From contig OX638163.1 in NCBI GenBank assembly GCA_951804945.1, forward strand, positions 18,662,001-18,726,000: a stretch of DNA of 64,000 nt. The letters are read 5' to 3'. The translations under genes were made by a program, and so were the position numbers. The notes beneath the pieces were generated by a model. The model was not told where the DNA came from. It did not search any database and saw only the letters and a program-made list of their open reading frames with translations. The DNA comes from Podarcis cretensis (Eukaryota). This document shows, piece by piece, positions 35,823 to 44,110 of the stretch (its first letter is position 1; each line of letters begins with the position of its first letter).

Positions 35823-37428
35823 TCAGCACCCCAGTTGCTAGAACACCATTAGTTTCTAGCTCCCTGTAGGTGGAAGAGGGCCTTTTGTTAGACCTTGCTC
35901 AGAACAGATCCTCTCTGTGTCTGGACTGCTGTCTTCTGCTGCTGCTCCAGGATCATATTTCGGACTGAGATTGCTTGTGCCTGATTCTGTTTTGCCTCTG
36001 ACTTTACAGGTTAGACAGTTGTTTTGTAATTTGGTTTGGTACCTCGCCACACATTGTACTAACTGAAGTAGGACTGACCATCTCCTGGCCTAACCTACTT
36101 CACAGGGCTGTTGTGAGAATAAAGGGAGTGGGAAACCACATAAACATCATTGAGACTGATGGTTGTCCCTGGGGATTCTTCCTCTCTAACCTCCCCCTCC
36201 CCACACATCCAAGTGGTAAATAGGTGTGCATGAGATGTTTGCCTTTTCCTAAGGCCCATGGCAGTGAGGGAAGGGTTAAATGCTCCCTTCTCAAGTACTA
36301 TCCCAATTAAATTTAGAGCTCCTGTTTTGAAGATGTAGAGTTGGCATAACTGGTGACAAAATCCTGAGTTATCAGAGGTTCACTCTCTCCTCTCCCACCT
36401 CACCCTAGCTTGGGCTCAGGTGTCCAGAAGCCCCTTTCCTGCTATTCTGTGGTTGCTTTGCTAAGCAATGCTGCTCTTATGAATATTCCAGCTGGGTGGA
36501 TTTTGTTGCTGCTAAGCTGCCACCTTTTGGAAAGGTTTGCTCATTATGCTGTCCAGCATTTCTCACTGCAAGTTGTTCCCACCTGCTCTTTCCCTTCTGC
36601 CTCTTAGTGTTGAACCCTCTTGTAATTCATCACTCCTGGTGATCCAGTTTATTCTTACTGTTGATTAAATTAGTAAATGCAATCACAATCTGAAGTGATT
36701 TAATTGAGAGGATTTATTTGAACATGACAGTTTAATGCATGTTTGATAAACTATTATAAGGTTTAATTTTGATTTTGCATAATTTAACTTTTAAATCTGC
36801 ACAGGAGGGTCCCCCATCAACTATTAATGACCAAAATAAACTCTTTTAAGATGCATATATTTATAATTTATTTTGAAGACCAGGTTTTTGCCTCCTTGGT
36901 GTTGTTCTAGTGACAAAGTGACAAATATATTGAAATTAATATTTGGAGCTCTTCAGCGGTGCTATAAATCTTTAGGAATGCATACGATTTATTAAAAGTT
37001 TGGAAAAGAAGTACAAGTTAGCATTTATATGGCAACAAGTGACAAACAAATGTGTGTGTTTGTCTTCCCAGGTGACCATCAAACACCCTGTCCCTTGCCA
37101 GCGACCCCTGGGGGCACGGCAGCTCCCTTGTCACAGGTAGCAAAAAGCACAGCACTTCTGCTTATATAAATTCAGCATTAACTTCAGTAAGGGTAATTCC
37201 ATATATAATCTACAATTACTATTTTTTGCAGTGTGGTGGATACTGCTTGAAGAGGTTCCTTGAACATACGAAAGCAATTTCAGGTAACTATTTGGGCTAA
37301 TTACAGCCTTCATTTCATTTTTTACACACATGAATGCAGGCCAAAACCTCCCTGGTGATGACTTCATGCCATGAGAATGCAGCAGTTGGTGTGTGTGTTA
37401 TCCATTCATGGCAGGGAAAGAAAATTTC

Positions 37429-38037
37429 TTTTTTTTTTCTGCATAATTTTTATTGTTTTTTAAATCATAACAAGAAAGTAAAACAATTTACGCCTTGTTA
37501 TCACAGATTTCTTTCTATAAGACTTCCTTCAGCTTCCCCTGAAATCATCCATACGCTAATTTAACAAATTCACACAAATCCTAGCTTATATTGACATTAT
37601 TTTCTCTTTCCTTCTTTTTCTCTTTAGACAATATTCCAACCTTTTCACAGAGCTTTTTTAAACCCAACTAGCGTTATCTGACCTTCACTTATATTTTCCA
37701 GATATTCCACAAATTTCCCCCAGTCCTCAATGAACCTTTGGTCTTTTAAATATCTAATTTTCCCCGTCAATCTGTCCATCTCCGCGTATTCTAGTAGTTT
37801 TGCTCTCCATTCCTCAAGCGTCGGTATGTTCTGTTGTTTCCAATTTTGGGCCAATAGGACCCTTGCGGCCGTTGTTGCATATTGAAAGAATTTACTATCA
37901 TTGTTCTTTATATCACTTCCTGCTAGGGCTAGCAGAAAAGCCTCCGGCTTTTTCCCAAAGTTATATCTTAATATACTTTTCATTTCATTATATACACTTT
38001 CCCAAAAGCCTTTGACCTTTCTGCAGTCCCACCACAT
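37429..38037 (-). mobile_element. Young 5'-truncated L1
   Basis: Open ORF2 C-terminus MWWDCRKVKGFW...KKPEAFLL...ATTAARVLLAQNWK; A-rich tail; 15-bp TSD GGGAAAGAAAATTTC at 37414-37428 and 38038-38052. Confidence 0.92.
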
Positions 38038-38157
38038 GGGAAAGAAAATTTCATTAATACAGATGATTGGCTCCAGAAGTGGGTGTTTGCCCACCATGAC
38101 AATTTATTACTAGATGGCCATGGGCCAGGCCTGGTCTCAATTATTTCATTATGTACA

Positions 38158-38233
38158 TATGTACGGCATATGTACATATGTATTAAACTCAATAATATGT
38201 ACGGCATATGTACATATGTATTAAACTCAATAA
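38158..38233. repeat. Perfect 38-bp tandem duplication
   Basis: TATGTACGGCATATGTACATATGTATTAAACTCAATAA twice; contains the palindrome CATATGTACATATG. Confidence 0.92.
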
Positions 38234-38469
38234 TAAACTAACTTCTCTAGCAGGGGTGGGGAATATCAGGCCTGGGGCCAAACAATCTAACCCTTGGCAC
38301 GAATGACATGCCTATGCCAGAGCACCCCCTATCTCCTAAGTGCCCTGCTCTGCACCTTCCTCAAGTGCTTTTGCCAGGCTTAGGGTGGTTCCCAGGAAAT
38401 TTGCAGGACAAGCAAAATATCCCGGGCAGTGTGGGAAGCCACATATTACCAGCAACTGAATTTATGTGG

Positions 38470-38950
38470 TTACAGGTAGGTAGCCATGTTGGTCTGCCGT
38501 AGTCGAAACAAAATAAAAAAATTCCTTCCAGTAGCACCTTAGAGACCAACTAAGTTTATTATTGGTATGAGCTTTCATGTGCATACCAATAACAAACTTT
38601 GTGTTTGAAGAAGTGTGCATGCACACGAAAACTCATACCAATAACAAACTTAAAGGTAAAGGTAAAGGGACCTCTGACCTTTAGGTCTAGTCATGGCCGA
38701 CTCTGGGGCTGCAGCGCTCATCTCTTTATTGGCCGAGGGAGCCGGCGTACAGCTTCCAGGACATGTGGCCAGCATGACTAAGCTGTTTCTGGTGAACCGT
38801 AGCAGCACACAGAAACACAGTTTACCTTCTCGCCAGAGCGGTACCTATTTATCTGCTTGCACTTTGACGTGCTTTTGAACTGCTAGGTTGGCAGGAAATA
38901 ACTAACTTAGTTGGTCTCTAATGTGCTACTGGAAGGATTTTTTTTATTTT
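38470..38950. mobile_element. Penelope-like pseudo-LTR inverted repeat, interrupted by a Sauria SINE
   Basis: Left arm TCCTTCCAGTAGCACCTTAGAGACCAACTAAGTT...TTGGTATGAGCTTTC; right arm GAAAACTCATACCAA...AACTTAGTTGGTCTCTAATGTGCTACTGGAAGGA. Confidence 0.7.
38652..38896 (-). mobile_element. 5'-truncated Sauria SINE
   Basis: (AAAGGT)n tail; TSD AATAAC(A/T)AACTT at 38640-38651 and 38897-38908. Confidence 0.9.
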
Positions 38951-39619
38951 GAATTTATGTGGGAGATGGAAATAAAAATCCAGTGCCACAGATAACAGCA
39001 TAACAAAATAATGGTTGATTTCCCAATCCTATGGAAAAGGGCTTCTTTTACTACAGTTAAACAATCGACAGGGCAGTGAATTTCCCTAATATGGGAGTTG
39101 TTATCGATGGGATTAGTTGCAAAAATTGAGGAAAAAGTGAAAAAAGGAGAGCTTACAAGGGTGAGCATCTGCGCCACTCCAGATGTTGTTTACCCCAGTG
39201 GCTCCCATCAGCATAACCGCTGGAAGGCTAGAGACCCCATCCTGCCTTTAATTTTTCCAACTTTTCCTTTCCAGGCAGGAGAAAGTAAATCAATTGTATG
39301 TTCACACTATGCACCGAAAGCGCTGAGAGACCACTTTAAAGAGCCCTGGCTCCCCCCTCCCCGCCCCCAGAATCCTGGGATCTGTGAGCTGCAGTTTGCA
39401 GAGTGGTTTGGCAATCAATCCCTTTTCGCAAGGAACTCCGGGAATTGTAACTGTAGAGCCTCGTATGCATCTCCAGTACCTTACACAAACTACATTTCCC
39501 AGTATTCTTTTCTTATGGGGGGGGAGGTGCAGAACCACGACTGGCTTAAAGCAATATGAAGCCACTTTAATGCACGTCATTGAATGTAGCCCAAGGCCAC
39601 AGCAAGGCCTTGGACTTTC

Positions 39620-40270
39620 CTCTCCGTTGCTAGGTAACCGCTTCCCGGTTCTCACTTCCGCCTTGGAGGCCGCGGCGGATTGGCGCCCTGCGATGACGCC
39701 ATCGGCCCGCGCGGCTCTTTCCTCGCCGCTGCTCCAAAGGAAGGAAGGCAGAAAAGCTGAGGGTACGAGAGAGACAGATCAGTCGTGGTGCCGCCGCCGT
39801 CCGTCCGTCCCTTCCTCCCGTCCCTCCCTAGCCATGAATAGTCTCCGCCGCCTCCGCTGGTCCCCGGTGAGTCCACGGAATGCCCCGCGGGTGAGTGTGA
39901 GGCGGGAGAGCCCCGATAATGCCTGGAAGGGTTGGGAGTGGTAAAGGGCTTCTGGAAGTCCCGACGGCGATGGTGTTTCAGCTGCATGTGGACCCGCTGC
40001 CCTCCTCCCCGTAGTGAGAATCCCCACAACAGCCCTGCGGAGTAGGCTGGGCGGATTCGTTGGGGCTTGCCCGGCTTCTGCCTGCCGCGCGCCATTCTCC
40101 CCCCCCCCCCTCACCCCCACGCAGCCAAACAAACGGGTGAATGGATGACCGGCCCTTTGGGCAGCCTGCAAGAATTGAGGCCGCCTGCCTTTTTCACGGC
40201 AAAAGGAATGCCCCTTCCTGGCGACTGCTGATGACTGAGCTGCTCTGTGGGTCAGCTGCCCAGCGCACCG
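39620..40270 (+). promoter_or_regulatory. TMEM250: CpG-island promoter of TMEM250
   Basis: High CpG density; X-box GTTGCTAGGTAAC 39626-39638, ETS CACTTCCG 39653-39660, inverted CCAAT (GATTGG) 39678-39683, CRE-like TGACGCCA 39694-39701; nearest island upstream of the CDS. Confidence 0.8.
39710..39866 (+). other. TMEM250: TMEM250 exon 1 (5' leader containing a uATG); start approximate
   Basis: Donor CCG|GTGAGT at 39866/39867 and alternative donor CGG|GTGAGT at 39890/39891. Confidence 0.7.
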
Positions 40271-40399
40271 TCCATGGGGTCACCAGAGCACCAGGCATGC
40301 TCCTGCTGTTGCTGAGTTTCCCTCCTTTGCCTGTTCGCTCCTGTGAATGTCGGGCTTAAGGAAGGCCCTGCAGAGGGTGGCAGGAAGCATCTCTGGTTT

Positions 40400-40545
40400 G
40401 GTTAGTGGTAGAGCGTGGTCTGCAGGTAGCATCTCCTCCAGGTAGGGCTGGAATCTTGCCTGAAGCCCTGGAGAACTGCTGCCAGTCCATGCGGGTGGGC
40501 AAGATGGGTCAATGGTCTGACCCTGTATTGGTCACCTTCCTATGT
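40400..40545 (+). mobile_element. Decayed tRNA-headed squamate SINE (Squam2-like)
   Basis: AGTGGTAGAGC head remnant, CCAGGTAGGGCTGG...CCCTGGAGAACTGCTGCCAGTC...AATGGTCTGAC. Confidence 0.5.
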
Positions 40546-40625
40546 GTGATAGCTGACAGAGAAGCACAAGGCATCTTTTATGTTATACTGTACTGGTAAA
40601 TTCAGATGGAAGACCTTTGTAGAAA

Positions 40626-40725
40626 TTTGTTGTAGTCGTTTAGTCGTGTCCCACTCTTCGTGACCCCATGGACCAGAGCACGCCAGGCACTCCTGTCTTC
40701 CACTGCCTCCCGCAGTTTGGTCAAA
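40626..40725 (-). mobile_element. Bov-B (RTE) LINE 3' end, 100 bp
   Basis: LTKLREAVEDRSAWRALVHGVTKS, CAA-type tail; 10-bp TSD TTTGTAGAAA at 40616-40625 and 40726-40735. Confidence 0.9.
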
Positions 40726-42569
40726 TTTGTAGAAACAGATGGTGCTTTTTCCCCCTGGGGATACGCAAAGGTATGCAGTACCAGCACCTTTTTTCCTAGA
40801 AGAAAACCATTGGTTAAAAGTGTGGCATTTACTGTAAAAACTTCATGGTGAGTACCAGCACTTTTTTCTCTAGGTGAAAAGTGCTGCTTATCAATAAACC
40901 CACATCTGAGTGAAAGAAATTGCTACATCATAGCAGAAAAGTTGCCTAGTGAGAAATAAGATGCAGACAAGATTCACTCATTTATGCATTAATTGTTTAT
41001 ATTCAGACATGCCACTTGAGTAGAGGTCATCTTTGCTTCCTGGGATTTACTTGTGCGGAATAAATCACAGCTTGCATGAGTGGGAAATCTGAGCTGGATT
41101 CTTGATCTGAAGCTGTAGTGCGCAAGTGGCAAAAGAGGGTTAGTGACCTTCATGAGAGGTCATCGAGCATGATGATAATAAGCTCCCCAAATCCACATCT
41201 TGTTCATCTCCACATATAAGGTATACACAGAGATTTTAAATTGATGACTGTGTTCCATATTGTAAGTGGCAGGTAGGGGCTATGCTGTGGAGGCAAAGTA
41301 GTTTAAGAAATTGTTGTGCTCAGCTGTGGTATCTGGAAGACAGGATACCCTATGCTTTAAGAACAAAGATGCTATGTCAGTGATTTTTAATAAACTAAGA
41401 AGGTTCCCCTGGCTCAGCAGAGGAATAATTCCTTTTCCCTTTCTTGGGTCAAGAGTCAAATGCAGATAGTTTACAGTGTCCTTGGAGGCAAGGATACTTT
41501 TGTAGGAGAGAAGTGCAGTCAGAATCTACCACTGACTGGGCTCTTATCTTGTATTTGTATTTGTTGCGTCAGAGTGTTTAGGAACATTGTGTATTTGTCT
41601 GGGCGAATTTGTCTCATAGTTAACGTTTTTCAGTTACTTTCCTTTCACTGTTGTCAGATTGGAGCTGTGCATGGCAAGTAGGCAGTGGTCTGGACTCATT
41701 GCTGCAGTGTGGATAGTGAGTATTAAACGTGTCTTCTGTGATGAATCCTCTGTGCTCTCATCAGCTATCTGGAGATCTAGTGGGTGGGATTTGCTGCAGG
41801 GGTGTTAGGCAGGATTGATTGATCACAAAATCAAGCCCTCAAACATCCCCTGGTGTAGCAGTGAAGCCATGGGCTTAAAAAAACCCCTCTCATAAAAAGC
41901 CTCATAGCTTGAAGTACTACTGTGTGTTTAAAACATGACAGATGCAGGGGAAATGTTACAGGTAGCCTCTCTGAAAGGGTCCTTCCAGATGCAAATGAAT
42001 GTACATTTTACATACGTGATGGTGTATTGTATGTGGGCTTTTCCCTGTACCTCTGACAACATGTCATATGTAAAATGGCCTTTTAGAATTCTCCTATTAC
42101 AGAAGTTACCATCCGGGTTCTTGACCAGCCTCTCTGTCCACCTTCCCTTTTTTTGTCACCCGGATAGAGCTCTTTCTGGTCATACACTCCCTGGCTTTCC
42201 ATCATCCAAACCAACCTACTTCCTTACCAAAGCTAAACTGTTTTTTGGCATTTTATTGATGACATTCTAGTCTAGTTGCTGATTTTTTTTTTTTGACTTT
42301 GCAGCAACTCAGCCAATGGTTTGGGATTCACCATCTGTCAGTTTTTAACCTACTTATGTGGTGTGAGAATTTTGCGTAAGCTGTTCATCTGCGATTCTCT
42401 TCCTAATGTATTAAGATCTCCATAGACTTCCCACCAATAGTTGTTCTCTTGCCCTTGTTCCATTAGAAATTTTCCAGGCTTGGCGATTGGCCAGGAAAAT
42501 CTTAGAGTGAGTTGATCAGTTAAAATCTGGAAATGTTTTGGAGCATTCATGGGCCAGGCCAGGTTGACT

Positions 42570-42875
42570 TTATAAGAGCAGCCTGCACAATCAGACCAAA
42601 GGTGGTCCATCTAATCCAGCATCATACTCTCATGGCCAACCAGATGCCCCAAAGAGAAACCTGCAAGCAGAACTTGAGTGCAACAGCGCTCTCCCCACTT
42701 GCAATTCCCAGCAACTGGTACTCAGAGGCATACTGCCTCTGACAGGAGAGGGAGAACATTGCCATTGTGACCAGTAGCCATTGATAGCCTTGTCCTCCTT
42801 CATGACTTTGTCTTGTCTTTATAATTCATCCAGGTTGGCCTCCTGTGGGAGCAAGCTATAGTTTGCACTGTGTGA
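42570..42875 (-). mobile_element. CR1 3' UTR fragment in TMEM250 intron 1
   Basis: Family sequence in antisense orientation. Confidence 0.72.
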
Positions 42876-43017
42876 CAGGTGGCTCTGGGTGACTCTGCTT
42901 TTGGCCGCTGTCTGGGAAGCAGCCTTTTGGCCAGCATGGGTGCAGATGGGTCCTGGTTTGGAGCCAGTCTTCCAGCCCTCTCCATGGTCCTCCTTGCCCT
43001 CTCAGGTTTTTTCTCAA

Positions 43018-43046
43018 CCTGACTCTCCTTCTGTTCCTTCCTGCAG
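43018..43046 (+). other. TMEM250: Probable main splice acceptor of TMEM250 exon 2
   Basis: Branch-like CCTGAC, pyrimidine tract TCTCCTTCTGTTCCTTCCTG, CAG|G at 43046/43047. Confidence 0.7.
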
Positions 43047-43187
43047 GCAGCCTCCATCCCGGCAAGTGCTTGTGCTCCTGGGTCGCCGGTCTTCCCCTCC
43101 ATCTCCACCTTCACCTTCATGGATGCTGCCTGGGTCCTCCCAAGCAATCCCTGCTCTCTGGCTCTGTAGAAGGTGGGGTGGTGCCTG

Positions 43188-43607
43188 ATGCCTGTCATCC
43201 CCATCCCGCGGCGGGTCCGCTCTTTCCATGGCCCCCACACAACATGCCTGCACTCTGCATGTGGGCCGGTCAGGACCACCCACTTGGTGCGCACCAAGTA
43301 CAACAACTTTGACATCTACCTGAAGTCCCGGTGGATGTATGGCTTCATCCGTTTCTTGCTGTACTTCAGCTGCAGCCTGTTTACCTCCATCCTGTGGGTG
43401 GTGCTGTCAGTCTTGTTTTGCCTCCAGTACCTCAGCATCCGGGTCTTTCTCCGTTTCCAGTATAAACTCACCATCTTCCTGCTGTTGCTGGGAAGGAGGC
43501 GTGTGGACTTTAGCCTCTTCAACGAACTGCTCATCTATGGCATCCATGTCACCATGCTGCTGGTGGGGGGGCTGGGCTGGTGCTTCATGGTCTTTGTGGA
43601 TATGTGA
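43188..43607 (+). CDS. TMEM250: Transmembrane protein 250 (C9orf69), 139 aa, CDS in a single exon
   Basis: MPVIPIPRRVRSFHGPHTTCLHSACGPVR...RTKYNNFDIYLKSRWMYGFIRFLLYFSCSLFT...GRRRVDF...GIHVTMLLVGGLGWCFMVFVDM matches vertebrate TMEM250 end to end; the ORF-track start at 43173 is a GTG. Confidence 0.97.
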   Translation: MPVIPIPRRVRSFHGPHTTCLHSACGPVRTTHLVRTKYNNFDIYLKSRWMYGFIRFLLYFSCSLFTSILWVVLSVLFCLQYLSIRVFLRFQYKLTIFLLLLGRRRVDFSLFNELLIYGIHVTMLLVGGLGWCFMVFVDM

Positions 43608-43616
43608 ATAAATAAA
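43607..43616 (+). terminator. Tandem AATAAA hexamers overlapping the TMEM250 stop codon
   Basis: TG-AATAAATAAA; AATAAA at 43607-43612 and 43611-43616. Confidence 0.35.
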
Positions 43617-43874
43617 AAACCAGTGCATGTCGGTCAAGGAGGCATGTTGGACTCTAACTTGGGTTAGGTCTTGTATGTGTGAATGCGTCCTCTTCTCCCT
43701 CACTTTGTCCTGCTGCTGAGGTTTATAAATTAATGGGTACTCGCTTAGAAGTAAGGATTGGAAGTTGACTTGGAAATTCATTTCTAATTCTTCATTGCCC
43801 TTGGTTGGTAATATGTGGAAAACAAATCGTATTTTTATCTGCTTCATTTTTTACCATAAGCACCTGCCATATGT

Positions 43875-44110
43875 GGCCAATGGCCCATCTAGTCCAGTGT
43901 CCTGTCCTCACAGTGACCAGCCAGATGCCTCATTGGGAAGCCCACAAGCAGGATTCAAGCACAAGAGCCCTCTCCCCTCCTGTGGTTTCCAGAAAATGGT
44001 ATTTGGAAGCGTTGCTGCCCCCAACTGTGGAGGCAGAGTATAGCCATCATGTTTAGTAGCCTTGTCCTTCATGAATTTGTCTAATCTCTTTTAGATCCAC
44101 CCAAAAGCCA
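43875..44110 (-). mobile_element. CR1 3' UTR fragment just downstream of the TMEM250 CDS
   Basis: Family sequence in antisense orientation. Confidence 0.72.

Noticed and set aside
39384-40171. Long ORFs on both strands of the TMEM250 CpG island, including an in-frame ATG at 39693
   Set aside because: Stop depletion in GC-rich DNA explains them; ATG 39693 overlaps promoter motifs and is probably upstream of the TSS
43167-43172. Stop-codon readthrough fusing the uORF to TMEM250
   Set aside because: TAG-AAG lacks the TGA-CTAG-type readthrough context and no stimulatory structure is evident
42800-43847. Antisense ORFs of 171, 72 and 146 aa over TMEM250
   Set aside because: They are shadows of the sense CDS codon bias, run into CR1 or UTR sequence, and show no recognisable domain
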